From NCBI GenBank assembly GCA_964199315.1, contig OZ116698.1, forward strand, positions 18,352,001 to 18,416,000: 64,000 nt of DNA, given 5' to 3'. Every line of letters begins with the position of its first letter. The first letter of the stretch is position 1. The notes below the pieces were generated by a model, which ran no database searches, was not told where the DNA came from, and saw only the letters and a list, made by a program, of their open reading frames with translations. The stretch is from Orbicella franksi (Eukaryota). This document shows positions 26,791-40,797 of the stretch, piece by piece. The translations under genes were made by a program, and so were the position numbers.

Positions 26791-27020
26791 GGGACCCGTT
26801 TCTCGAAGTTCCCGAAAAGTTTTTGCACCCAGAACGCAGTAGCAGAATCTCAAACCTTACGATTACAGAGCTGTTTTACTCACATATTCTCAATATGAAC
26901 AGAGGTTCCCTTCATACAAGGGGTTTCAGGCGTATACACTTCTCCGTTTTTAGAAACAGATGAACTAAAAATGGCTTTACGGGTCCGAAAAGTTTCCGGG
27001 GCTTTCGAGAAACGGGCCCC
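26791..27020. mobile_element. about 230-bp MITE with GGGGCCCGTTTCTCGAAAG-type TIRs, copy 1
   Basis: Inverted termini; second copy in opposite orientation at 53685-53915. Confidence 0.8.
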
Positions 27021-27334
27021 TAGTCTATGAACGCAAGTGAGGCTGGAGGTGACGACCTTGCTTTGATACAGAACTTTCTGATTTTCTCGTTTAAATGCCA
27101 CTCGTTAGCATCATAACAACTTGATTTACACAACCAAAACAGTGAGGTTTCTATCAAAACAAGGTCCTCTCCAACCTCGCTGCCATTCAAAGGCCAGGTC
27201 ACTGAGCAAACAACTGTAAATTATCACCCGTTATATGAATTTGCAGGTCACTCGGGGACAAAAAAAACCAAACTGAATAGAGACCCGACGACAAGGGAAA
27301 CAGAAACAACAATCATCCAGAAATTTCATTAACG

Positions 27335-27340
27335 TTTATT
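27335..27340 (-). terminator. candidate polyadenylation signal of PIAS (about 1.1-kb 3' UTR)
   Basis: AATAAA on the minus strand downstream of the PIAS stop; no transcript evidence. Confidence 0.35.
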
Positions 27341-28429
27341 CATGTTCAGACAAGAATTATATTAAAGATACTAACGATGAAATGTACGTGTCCGGGAAAA
27401 GATAATTTCCAGACTTTCTTTCACAGTCGTGACAACAGGCTTCACATTTCACTGCAACATTGACCAAAAAATATTTCGAGATACACGCAGTACTGTCTTA
27501 GCTGCAGAATCCGGTGGTTTTCATAACTTTTAGAAACATTTGACGGGTGCTCTGGAGCACAAAACTTTAATTTCTCGGACAAAATATAAATAGCTTTTCC
27601 TTTTCTTAAGATTTCTTCCTTGCAATATACAATCACATTTACAAGCGGTGCTTTGAAATATAGCGGTTAGTTTTGCTGAATTAATAGATAAAATTGTCTG
27701 GTTCTATTTGCTGGCTAAAATACGAGAAAGTGTTACGGGCCAACTATAGGCATGCGCAGCACATTCATGATGGGGCACACATAGCCGGGTGACCATTCCT
27801 CGCCGCACCCCTACCCCAAGAAGCAAAAACTCCCTGTACTTGCTTTAACTTCGCGACAACTTGGTACGAACATGTATTTTGGACCAATCAGATTTGAATT
27901 TTTCAACTTTACCGGAAGGTTGAACCTAAACAGATTTTGGCCCAGGTTTTTGATGGTTCTCCAAAGCATTTCTGGCCATATGATAACTGTTTTAGTCATC
28001 AAGTTCTTATAGTGTTGTAAAACGTTTGTTACTTGGTGGCAGGTGCAACTTTGGCTATTGTTCTTACGCGATAATATCCAGTGAGCCACCAAAGTAACAA
28101 TGAATGCAATTCAAAACCTGCTGCTGAAGACTACACGGTAAACAATCAGAGAAGCACTGAGATGGGGATAGAGCGAGAATTGGTGGCGGTATCGTCTTTG
28201 TTACGGTGTGCTATTGCCACGAGAAGATAACAATGGACCACGCATGACAGGACCGAGATAAGAAGATAGATGGCATTCTGAGATTGGCACCGCTCATCTT
28301 TTTATCGAACACTTTCCAGGTTTATCTATGTACATAAACTGGTTCTCTTTCCACTCTCTTGCTAGAATGGACAGTTGTAGAAGATGATCTTTTCTCTTTT
28401 CTTTCTACTCCTTCTACGGTATGCCGATT

Positions 28430-31400
28430 TTAATCCAGCTGAATGACATTTGATGATCCGTGAGGACCAAGAAGTCCATACATTGCAGCATACTGCGAAA
28501 CACAAATCAAAGCAATTACGAACATGCATATAGTTTTAGGCGGGATTCTGTGGAGTATGTCTTGGTGGCTTTACAATAGCTGTACAAAATTCAGACAGGG
28601 AAATCAACGAGGAAGCATCGATGTTCAAGAACACCGAAAGTGAAGACCCCACCAGCAAGTCTGTCTGTCTGTCTGTCTGTCTACCCGAGGCTACGGTATC
28701 CATCTGAGAAGAACAGTTCACAGTCTGATCTTGATGGGCGAACGAAATTGAAGAGGACTCAACCTTTTACACAACGAAGTTGTTTTACTATCTTAAAAGT
28801 TTGTGTTTAAACCTTAGCCTTTCTCATTCGACCTTTTGCTAGATGGTCACAAAGGCTTATTCTTTTAACCTTCTGAAAACCTTTTACGAATTTAAGTATT
28901 TTTCTAAAACTTCTGCCGTTTTAAAAACTATGATAAAATAGTACCACTGCTGCTCGATAGCTTTCATTTGAATGGTCACTTTCATCCAGACTCAGAGCCA
29001 TGTTACACACAAAACTCAAGAACTTATAGAGGATGAAATGCCTCGTGCCAGAGCCCTCTTGAAAGCTGGAGATATGAAGCTGACCCCTAGCGTTCACTTT
29101 ATAAGATTAGAACTTTGGAAGACTACCTACCTACCTATTTCTTGTCAAACTAACACACAAAATTAACCAGTTTCCTGAGTAAACAACATTGTAATGTCTC
29201 ATAAGTTTTGTAAACAAGACACGATTAACACTTCCCAACAACACAAAACAACAACTACAACATAAACAACAACACCAACGTCAAAGACACAAATTAGAGG
29301 AACAATCTCTCAATGAAAATACTTACAGGTTCATTAGGAGGGAAAAGAGGACCTGGATATATGCTATCGAGATCAAGTCCTAACAAGGAAGCAACAAGAA
29401 AACAGTTGACAAATCAGGTAAGACAGGCACAAGATATAATGCATCATATGTGAGAACGGAGCAATTAAACACGCTAATCAGAGCTGGGTCGTTCGAAAGG
29501 AGGTTAATGCTGACCATGGTAATGCCAAAAGCCAGCAATGCCAAATGTGTTAAGTATGGTGGTACATACAAAGATGGTAAATTTTAAGCTCTGTCATATT
29601 GGTAGTAATTGGTCTGTACTTAGTTAGCCGCGAGCATGAGACAAAAAAAAAATCTGAGTCTCCAATTGAAGTTTCATACAGTGCTTGTCGCCATTCATTT
29701 AAACAGATGTTTACAAACTTTTTCTGGTCGTAGTCATAATAAAGCATGTTGGTATCTTTCAATTTATTCCATGCCTTTTAACTCCTTCAGTTTGCCTTTC
29801 AAAGGTTAAAGGTAAAGAATCCGATCCTACCGACGCGTCGGCCAATACGTCGATCGATGCGTTCGTCGACGTGTCGGTCGACAGTCGGCCGACGCGTTGG
29901 CCACTTTTTAACCTTATAACGTACAAGCTGCGTCGGTGATGCGTCGGTGGCGTGTCGGTGACTCGTTTGGGCCTTATTGAACTATTGCAAGGCTAAACGT
30001 ACCTTTTCCAAACTGAACTGAAATGGCTTCGACGGAAAACTTTCACTACGATATGAAAATAAGAAATTTACTTTTGACCGCCATCTTGATCTTGATCTTG
30101 ATCCTAACTTCCCGATCGAACTAGAGAAAGGGAAAATATTACGGCCGACGCGTCGGTAGTGTGTCGTTGATGTGTCGGTGGTGTGTCGACCAACGCGTCG
30201 GTCGACGTGTTGGCCGACGCGTCGGTGGGATCGGATTCCCTACCTTTACCTTTCAAAAATTGCTATCAGGCAATCATATGATCAATTTCCACTTTGACCA
30301 TAAGCCATTTGTTGAAACTTCCGAATCAGATAATTAAGAAATAACAACGGACCCAGCTCACACCAAGACCAATTTTAGTACCTTGATATGTTATGCAGAT
30401 AAAATTCCCATGAAAGACATTTCCAGACACGAAGAGGAACGTTTTAAAGAAACTGAACAACACTTTACTAAATATGGACTGATGTATAGTACCTTGACAT
30501 GCAAAGTCCAGCGGAGTAGGAAAGAAATTTGGATTCAGAAGTGATGAAGCTGATGATCCAGGTATAGTGTTGGTATTGGTAGGAAACACCATCGTGTTCA
30601 GGCTGGGCGGTCTCTTTATTCCTGATACACCAACACCAAAAGATGGCCTACATGAAGACAACAATAACCAACTGTCACTTACACTTCATCTCTACTGTAA
30701 GTATACACATAATAATAAGATCATATGGTTTATGCTTTGTACTTGCATTTGCATGCTACTTGATGTTGGATTTATCAATCTCTACAACAAGGAATTCTCG
30801 ACCAATTCTCAGATGAAAGTTGTGTGTTAAATTATAAATGATCTAACGTTTTTGACATCCAATAGATAAAAATATCCACACAGATTTACAAAATACAACA
30901 TCACCATCACCAATACTCATCATGTATGTCTGTACATAAGGCCACGTAATAACTATATTTATCATCATAAAAGGTAAATATACACCACTAACAGTTCTTT
31001 TCTACCAAATGCAAGCATTCTTGTGATTTACACCACATTTGTAAGATTTTAACCTCTCCAAGACAAGACTACACATAGACTGGTCTAGGTTCCATGCAAT
31101 CTCACACTAGAGATAACAACTTCTTTTTGTCACTGTGAGAGATGAGCATAAATTACCCCTTTACCTTGGTGTGTTTAAGTCCCGCTCTTCAGAATACTCT
31201 TCACTGTTGTCATTATCATCATCGTCATTCCTATCACTTTCTGAATCACTGTCTAAAGTGAGGTCAATAACTTGAACTTCTTTTTCTTTCTTCCTTTCAT
31301 CATCCTGAGCCTCTGCTATACATAGAAACAAAACTAAGAGACTCATTGCCAACAAAAACAGGTAAACAAATGAAAAGTCATTCATTTTGTCAACAACAAA

Positions 31401-34400
31401 ACCTTCACAATCTTTATGTGATTTTGCACTATTGGAAATCCTTTTAAACCACTAAGCAGTATTTGCATAAATCAACACAAAATTAGAAGGAGAGAAGAAT
31501 TTCCATGTTGACAAAGGGGCTTATGATTTTATAAATGAGGTACACACTATGCAGTGAGCTTCTTCAAAGCTTGAAAACAGCACTGTATATCAGGGACACC
31601 AACAGAAAAAGACATAATATTATTAAAAATAAAGCATATCAACTCCATAGGAACACACCTTGGAGATGTTGTTTGCTGGAGGTTACACTTCTGTCTGGTG
31701 TTGATAAAACTGTAGTGGCTACCAGAGCACTCAGAGCTTTTTTGCTTTCTTGTTCTGCAGAATATAATGAAATGTACATCATCAACATTTGAGAACACAA
31801 AAGAGATTAATAAATTGTGAATGTTTTCAATGTTATGGAGTGCTCTGAAATGATCACAGTTTAAATAAGGCAGTACACAACATGGCTTTGACCTCTTTAT
31901 ATGCTCTGTGCTACAGATTTTTATTAACATAACATGATAAAACATGCTTGTTTAGCCAATCAGCGCATGTAGATTCTGAACTGTATTACATAATGCTACA
32001 AAAGCAGCAAGCCACAAAGAAAATATCTTTGCAATAATAACAATATTCTAGCTCCTTTCTAGCCATAGTTGAACCCTGCTATTTTGAAATAGCCCATAAC
32101 AAATGACTGAAAGGCAAACCCAAGGGAAATGGTTTTCAGTTGAAAATAATGATGAATTAGAAATAACCGAGTTTGAATTAGTGGAGTCCAACTGTACAGT
32201 CTTCATTTCCTCTCATGCAGTTTAACAAACTGCCCAGTACTCAATGTTCAAAGACAAATGTGCTTAATACCTTGCAAGTCATTTATTGGCCTCCACGAAC
32301 CATCCTCGTGAAATGAAATCTCATTACAATTTGCAGCTGCTTCTAGAATCTCCTTAAACAATCTGCAGGGACAAAAAAGCCTTGTTTATTAGCTCCAAGA
32401 GTCTGAAATTCCCCATGTCTAACTATAAAATTGAAGGAAGTACATTACCAAAATAATAATTCAAATCTCCAGATAGTCACTGTAGGCAACTTGGTGTGGA
32501 GCATATGCACATGACGTCATGGCAGCCATACTGGTGTTCCAAAACAATGAAACGGCAGCCATATTGGTGTAACAAACCAATCCTGTGGGAGTTCAACCCT
32601 TTTCTTAAGAAAACACTTTCTTTTGTTCCACTAAATTTGCATGGCTGCTGGACCCATGAGTGAATACACTCTACACCCAAAAATCAGTGTGGTGGATGAG
32701 ATCTCCGAGATTTGCCCGGCAACTAAATAGCTGGTGATTCAGACTGAGCAGTTCAAGCCTTTTTCCTTGTGGTATTATTAAAATGATCACAGCTCAGAGT
32801 TGATCTCATTTAACACCTGAAATGCCGATACACTGTTTGTCAAATTGTGAACAACTTGATCAAATCATTTATGGTTTATACTTTTTTTTTCAACAACCTT
32901 TTGTAGAACTGGTGTCAGTGTTTTCTAAACAAGAGCAAGAAGAACTAAAGGCTCCTACCCGTCCAATACAAGTTTTCCAAATGTTGCCTTCTGATCACAG
33001 ACTGGACAAATCCATGTTGTTTTCCTATATCAACGATAGAAAAAAATAGGGTGTAAGGAGTTGCTGTTAATAAACTACCAATATCTACATGTAGGACAAA
33101 CCGTACCTCTAGCTGGTTTTCTTCTACCATACAACTAAAGGGTCCAAAGAACTGATGAATAACTAGATAAATCAAAAAGTCTGGTACAAATTTTGTTGAG
33201 TTTGCATTGGACCAGATTCAATTTGGGCAAGATTTAAGCCAGATATTACCAGAATTTCCAAGAAATGTGTGACATATAAAATAAACAAAAGTTTTGTATC
33301 AGAGCAGGCACACAGGCCTGGATGCTCTTGTTTGGATCTTAACTTCGAAATCTCTGGCAATATCATGCTGAAGTAAGACTAAATTGTACTCAAATTGCAT
33401 ATGGTTTAACCATGTGATTTCAATTGCAACATGGTGCGACAAAATGATTCAAATGCATATCGAAGCAAAGTATCACTACAGGGGAACTTCTTCAAGTTTG
33501 AGGCAGAGGAACTTCTCACACCCTATAATTATTTACATGCAATGTAAATACTATCCCATGATAAAAACGTCAGAAAATCCAAATACTAAATCAGTGAGAA
33601 AATAAATGAGCACTAGAAAGCAAACCTCAACCTCTTAACATGGATTTTTTTTGGAAATTAAAGAGATAAAATTAGGAAATTATCTGAATACCTTTCATTC
33701 ATTTGCAAATACAAGGCTGCATCAAAGCACTGTAAATGGTTGCAAGTGATGGCCCTGTAAACAGAATACAAGGCAGCTCAGAAATAACATAAAAAAGAGT
33801 TGTACATCTAGATTATAGAAGTTTGTGTACAGCATAATCATACAAGCATAATTAACAACTTATGCATAACCAATTAACTTTATACACTAAACAATTATAG
33901 TTTGCAAATAACTATCTTTATATTTATGCATACATTTGATGGATATGTAATCATCCTTTGAACTTACTGAATTTATTTTATGGGGATTAAAGCACATAGG
34001 CCTTATATGAATCACATGGCAAGAAAAGGACTGACGATGATGAAGACACATCATTATCAAGTCTCTGCATGCCAGTAGGTGCATAAGACTGAGATGAAAA
34101 CACATAACAAATACCGGTATATACTACAAAAAACATGAGACTAGAGACTACATGCAAGTGCCAACATAAACAATGTATGCTCTAACACTAGTCGCCTTCA
34201 GAAATTACTAACCTACAGGGAAGGGTCATCCGTGTCTTGCCAAGCTGAAAGAACAGTAAAGCCACAATGAGTCGAAGTCTCACATCACAGTCTAGTGAAG
34301 ACTAGACTAAAGAAGGACACTTTGTGTCACTTAACATTGATCTAATGGCATGGCAAGCCCACATTGGAATCATTGGAAGACTATTCTGATGCTGTTAGTT

Positions 34401-37400
34401 TTCGTTTGCGATTGTTTGTTTTTTTTTCTGTTGAACAGCCTTAACTACTGTTTAGGAAAGTAAATAAAAGAAAAAAGAAACCCTTAACAGGTATGGAAGA
34501 CAAACATGCAAAAATTGTGGTTGAATTTGTTTGGTTTAGTGATTATACTACAAAAAAACCTTCCGTTGTTGATGCGCAATTGGCCTTTTGTTCTACACTA
34601 GTTGCCAAATTTAGTCCCCAAATGTTCTTTAGCTCACTGTGGCAACCAAAATAAGTGCAGCTTGGAGCATTGAAAAACTCATAGAATAAAGGATTATTGT
34701 AAAAAGAATGTACTACACTTTTAGTCTCAACAACCAACAGCTGTGATAAAAATGAAAAAAATAACATCTTTTACATAAAATTTTACTCACTGGGCAGAGA
34801 AGTGAGACTCGTAGACTTGTGGTGGCTACTTCACTGTCTGGGTCATGGGCCAACTTTTCCTTGACTTGAATAAAAACACCAAACATCAGACTTTAAGCTT
34901 GATCAGTTGAAACTGACAGCATTGTTTTTTATTTAGGCTAACAGATGCCCACCACTGATATACAAGTTTTACCAAATGCAGGCAAGTAGATTTTGAAAAT
35001 CATATGCATGCATTAATCCCTGTGGCTACTGATGTAGGCTACTGCTAACATAAGACACTTGTAACTAATGATGTGCATCTTTACTGTCTTGCAGCAGAGG
35101 TGTACAAAAGTAATAGAAATGGTAAGTTGCAATAGCTTATAGCTATAGATTGGAAATTACAACTTACAATGATTCACAAAGGCCACCAGGACTAAGAAAT
35201 TTGAAAATGTTGCTTTTTCAGGAGGAAGCAAAATCAGAGTTACTAGGAAAAACCCTTGACACGAGGAAAACTCAACAAATGTACATGGCACCACGCCATG
35301 ATTGAACCCCGGACACACTGGTGGAAGGAGAGCACTCTCACCACTATGCCATTCCTGCTCTCCATTTCTTAAGGATTTCAAAGATCACCAAAGATGATCA
35401 AATGCATGTGTCATCTATTGCATTGTTATTTCCCGTGATCACTCTCCGGAACTATAGTATATATGCAACTGCAGCACTCACACAAAATTGTAAACTGTTG
35501 AAGAATTTACTTGGAACTTGAAATCATAGATAACCTATAGAAAAACTTACTCAATGCTCTTGAATGATCAGGGTTTCTGTAGCCATGTGCCTTCAATCTC
35601 TGTATTAAACAACTTGATGTGACAGCTCTAACTAGTTTTGCTGTTACCACATGTCTCTGTCCACACAAAAAATTACAGAGGCATTTAGTTTGTTTGTACT
35701 TTTCTACCATATAACTTGTGGAAATAGTTTACACAAAACAGTTAGAATAAAACAGAACACAAGAATAAAACAAACATATTATTGACTGAGTAATTCAGAA
35801 TCCTATGGTTTTAAACTTGAATACCCTTACCTGCCCATATTTTGGAGTCCAGGTAATGTGAATGTGATTGGCTACAGTTGGTGACAACCTACACAATGGA
35901 GTTATATTGACTGGCTTACTAGGTCTTTTTGATTCAGTATTAGGATTGCAGTGTTGTGACGTGTTCCCCTGGAAGTAAAAGTGTCAATCAATTCCAGTAA
36001 AACATGAGAACAAATCTTATGACTTGTATTTGTCACATGAAGGTGTACAGGTAACTAGGTAAAGGGGTATACATGTCCATGAAGTTGCTCTCCATCCTTC
36101 TGGATGGGTTGGTACAGTTATCATTTTGTCAGGCTGCTTTCTTTGGCTAGCACCGTCAAATCATGCTCTTACATGTAATCACTGTCCTTGATATGGACAC
36201 CTTGTTATTCTGGACAGTGGATTTAAAAGATATGTCATGGATATCTTGTCTTTAAATTATTTTATATTATTTTATATATTATTTTATATATCTCTGTATT
36301 AATTAATGAAAAAAGGGTAATAAAGAGGATGTTGTTGTTGTTGTTAAAAAATACTGTTAATCTAGCCCAACACACCAGCACCACAGTATTCTCATAACAG
36401 GTCTACAAGTACTTTAATGGACTCAGTGTCAAAATTTCAGAGTGAAAGAGTCACTTTCAAGAAGTAAATATGAAGTGAGAGTATTACAATACCATTATTT
36501 AGATGTAATTTTATAGTAAGAGTAAAACTACATGTTCCAACTGTAAAATGTACAAATCAAACCAGAACAACACATACTGTTAAAGGGCATATTTTTCCAT
36601 TAACTTTGATACAAAGAGAAGAAGGAAAATTGTCCTCTTGTTCACAACTTGTTTCAAATAAACAAAATCTGAAAATAAAGAAAATTTTAATATTCATTTA
36701 TTTATGCTTACAATACAAGGAATTTCCTTGGTGATTTAATCAAGACCTCAATATGCATATAAAATAAAGAAAACACTACAGGTTACATTTTGGCAGTTCT
36801 AATGGACTTTTTTAGTGCATGTTGTCCATGGTGCTTTGATCATGACCAGAGTTATAAATCTGGTTAACAAAGGTTATCATGTAAAGAGCTGGTAACTCTG
36901 TGATGGCTGCCCCAAAGCCTGGATGAGAAATGAGGAGGGTTGGGCATGGGGTTAGCAACCCCAACCAATAGAAACACTCTTGCTACAGAAACCAAAGCCA
37001 GAGAAGATGTCAATAGAGCAAGGAATGAAGAACCCCAGACTCTGGGGATGATGATGGATGGCAGCCAAAACCAACCAGGCGCTGGCATATTGAAAACAAA
37101 ATTTTATGGCCTTAGGTGCAGACAAAGATGGAGAGGATTAAGTATCAGTAAGCAAGTACAAATGTATAAATCAGAGTAAGATCTAAACTAATGGTTAACT
37201 GAAACAATAGAATGACACAAAAGGAATAGTGGTTAGCACTGATTAAATTTAAAGACTGTAAAACTTGGCAAATGATACCAGAAATAACTGTAATCAGGGG
37301 TTTCATTAGAGACTGGGTACTGGGAAAATTCACCAACTGTGAGGCCACTTTGGGCTGTCTGGTTAGACCATCTGGAGGAAAGTCTTTTTTTTTTTTTTAT

Positions 37401-40400
37401 AAAAATTTCAGTTCAAAAACTTTTTCCTTCCTGTGAAATCTAATTGCCTTCCCGCTGAAAACAATAAGGAAACCTCTAACTGTTTGTGAATAACTCATTG
37501 ATAACCATACCTTAATTGGACTTGTACTGTAAATTCATTTCTATAATTTGGCCGTGTATCCCTTCAAGAAACAGTGATTCATAAAGTTAGTCTTTGAAGA
37601 TGATTACTTGCATCATTATATGACTGAGAAAATTACTTCATTGTGATTAGCTTAGAGCTGACCAATTTATAGTTAATTTTAAATTTGCACTGCAGTACAA
37701 AATAACACAAATTAACATTACCCAAGATATTTTTCATATTTCTATCACTTTTTAGTTTAAGTTGCAATCGCATTCACATGATTGTAACCTATACTTTCAT
37801 GCTTACCGTACCCAAATTCCCAATCCTTGTCTACTGTCTTACTGCTGTCTTATGATATCAAGTCACTGACCTGATACCTCTGATACTGTGGGCAGATATG
37901 GGTACAATACATAACTAATCACACTTTTAATGGTATTTTTCAGAAGCACACGGCATCAGGTTTGTTTGATATAGGCCATGGATATCTCACCAAAATAAAA
38001 ACACAGGCTTTGCCAAACACACCTGATATGCTGCCAAAGCATATCAAAAAGATGCAATTACATATAAATAAAATTGCATTTAGTATTGAGATAAAGAAAA
38101 CAGTGGCAATGTAAATAGTTTATACAATGGCAGACTTACCCTGAATTACTTATAAGTTGAACTTGGCTTGGAGTAAAATGGAACATGACATAAGCTTCTT
38201 GAAACTGTGACATTCCGCGAGGAACTAAAAGCAATAATAAACATCACTACTACCAGTGCAAAGAGACTGCACTAGATTTAAAACTGAAAAATATTTTACA
38301 TCTTCAAAATGTCATCTATGTATTTATTGTGCACCCATAGACATGATAAGTCACAATGACCCTCCAAAACCCCAATGGGCCACCCCACAGGCCATGTATT
38401 CCATAAAATGGAGAAACTGCACTGACGCCAGGTTAACTTTACTTACATACAATTTAACCAGGCTGGAATCTACTTCCAAAGTTTTTACTTCCAAGGTCCT
38501 CAAAGACTTCCTAACTTTGAATTTTGTTATTGACATGATTTATTAGTAAATGGACCTTAGAGTAATCAGCCTTGCTCTCCACCCTCAGCCAACTTTGAAA
38601 TTACTAACCACTGCAAATTACTCTGTGAGTAGTACTCCACTCTGATCAATTTCATTTTACATACCAGTATATAGGAAAAAAAATACTCAATTCTTGGTTT
38701 AAAAAAAGAAAGTGATTTTATCCATAAAGGGAAACAAATATTCCAAAGTTTCCCAGAGATTACATAAGACTTTCAAAGGTTATTAAGACAAAAAGACATT
38801 AAAAAATGACCCTATGATTCTGAACATTTTGTGAAGATGATCCCATGATTTCTGGAGATTTCATCTTGTATTTTCTTCAAAAGTTAAAGATTAATCACTT
38901 GCCTTTTTAAGATGTAAGCAAGTCTCGCAATCACTGCAAATTTGTGACTAGCCTATAACTTGCAATTTTCATGGCCTTGCCTTTTTTTTTTTTGCCATTT
39001 TTAGTTGGATCCAGATTTCACTTATTACCGGACTGTTACACCAGCTGAAAAAATGTGAAGAAACTCTCACAGGCCACTCATATGTGGGCTTCCAAAAATT
39101 AGTGCCCACTGGCTGTTTTTCTTTACAATATTTTCTCACATGACAACCAATCGCATCACACTTTAAATATATTTGGTCAGTGGAAAAATGTCCTAGGGGG
39201 ATACTGCATGCAAAATTCATCTATAACCTCACACATGGTTTAAAGTAATATTTCCAAGCATGTAAATATTGCTCTATAGAAATGTAGTGGAACATGAAAG
39301 GAAGAAGGGTTGCTATCTTAATGTTATATAATATTGATCTGTAGGTGCATATTTATTACTTGAAGATCCTTTAAAAATTTTGATCACTTATGGTGACATA
39401 GGCATTGACGCAGGTACTGTGAAGTGTACAAAAGTATTAGACTGCTTGAGGTTTAGTTGGTGTTGATTTTCCAGTTGTAAAATTTTTTAGCTTACAATAA
39501 AAAGTGGTACCTGCAACACAATGTTACTAACAGTAATTACCAACTTTAACACTGTTTTTTCCCGCGAAATTATTTTGAGTTAACTTCAATCTAAATAGAT
39601 AGGATCCTAAAGACTATTTCTTTTTCTTTTTTGATGTCCCTTCACAAACTTAACACAGTATGCATCAGCACGAAGAGCAAAGTACACAGAACAGAACAAA
39701 ACAAAACAAAACACGTAAAGAGAACAGTAACGTAATAGAACTCGTTTGGATTACGTTATAAAAAAAGTGATCAAATAAATAACATCGATTACTCAGCAAG
39801 TCAATTCAAGTAAAGATATTTATTTCTTTACCTTCAACCCAAGGTTGTATCAAATGATATAAAAAATTTCGCGTTGCAAGTAAGCGTAACTTATATTGAA
39901 GTGTGCGGTCATGTTTTCGTTATGTGATTTCTTCTGGAACGAATAAAAACTGCGTGATTTTGAATGTACGCTCTAGGTCATTAAACCAAGCCTGGACATG
40001 TACGTTCAGTCCTAAAACTCGAGGTTGGCATTGTTTCCAAAGACACTGGCCGAAATCCTCTACGTTTCTTAACTACCGCTTTCAGAACGAGGTGACAAAC
40101 TATGACGCATCAAAGAAATCTCCAGAAAATACACAACACGTTAATAGACTCAGGCAAATAACAACGGTAAAAACCCAGAAAACCACAAAGACAGCTTATT
40201 TTCTAATTAGAATACACCTCATGGATAAAAACAAGACTTACCTAAGCTTGTTGGTCTCACTAAATCGTCAATGTGTTCAAAGAAAGGCAAATGAGAAAGT
40301 CGAACATCCGGATGAACAGGAACGCCGGTTGTGTCTGAATTGATTGCCGAAGGACGTTGAACTGGTTGAGGTATGACAGCTCGAGGTTGAGGTTGAGGCA

Positions 40401-40704
40401 CAACAACTTTCCGAGGACATCGTCTCTCGTATAACTCCCGTAATTTCTTTCTTACAGGGTTGTTTCCGTCGCTTTTCAACATTTGAAGGGCCCGACCCAT
40501 AAGTTCGTGCTTTCTTCCCGACTTTGACCGTCCCGCAAAACCGAGTAATGATTGAAGTTCCGATACGCGAAAACTCAATAACATGTGCTGTGTAGAAAGA
40601 AATGGATTTGATATTCAAAATTAATACTATCATTCCATGAACACACGTCAAAGAAGCAAATTCCGACGGCTTTTTCTTACCCGAAGATCCGCCAATTCGT
40701 CCAT
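28430..40704 (-). CDS. PIAS: E3 SUMO-protein ligase PIAS (SAP-PINIT-SP-RING-SIM), 561 aa
   Basis: Exons 40704-40681, 40587-40242, 38224-38140, 37561-37511, 36668-36578, 35968-35831, 35656-35551, 34864-34791, 34244-34213, 33754-33692, 33024-32959, 32362-32271, 31754-31659, 31315-31165, 30647-30493, 29379-29327, 28492-28430 (1686 nt). Motifs [55 protein letters not shown], terminal VIQLD. Confidence 0.97.
29810..30245. mobile_element. MITE with CpG-rich CCGACGCGTCGG subterminal arrays, Kolobok-like flanks
   Basis: TTAA|AGGTAAAGAATCCGATCC...GGATCGGATTCCCTACCT|TTAC. Confidence 0.75.
32084..32196. mobile_element. short Tc1/pogo-type MITE remnant
   Basis: TAGTTGAACCC... and ...GGAGTCCAACTGTA termini resembling TACAGT-type TIRs. 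Confidence 0.4.
32498..32675. mobile_element. short dispersed MITE-like repeat (CACATGACGTCATGGCAGCCAT family)
   Basis: Internal duplicated GGCAGCCATA(C/T)TGGTG motif; family recognised from memory as common in anthozoan genomes. Confidence 0.55.
35248..35360 (-). mobile_element. tRNA-derived SINE head
   Basis: Minus strand TGGCATAGTGG (A box-like) and GGTTCAATC (B box-like). Confidence 0.6.
36885..37158 (+). mobile_element. RTE-derived non-autonomous retroelement
   Basis: RTE-like 5' motif GGGTTGGGCATGGGGTTAGCAACCCC joined within about 250 bp to an RTE-like 3' end (GGCCTTAGG...GAGAGGATTAAGTATCAGTAAG). Confidence 0.5.
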
Positions 40705-40789
40705 GTTGCTTTTTGTGAAATTTACTCGGCGGCTCGACCCAGTTCCTCGAGCTGTCCTCGGTAATTACAGGGTAGAACAATTAGTTAAA

Positions 40790-40797
40790 TGACGTCA
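40790..40797. promoter_or_regulatory. palindromic CRE in the PIAS proximal promoter
   Basis: TGACGTCA 86 bp upstream of the ATG at 40704. Confidence 0.55.

Noticed and set aside
39903-40780. Long ORFs of 146 and 167 aa overlapping the PIAS 5' end
   Set aside because: Antisense or alternative-frame shadows of PIAS exon 2 and its GC-rich promoter
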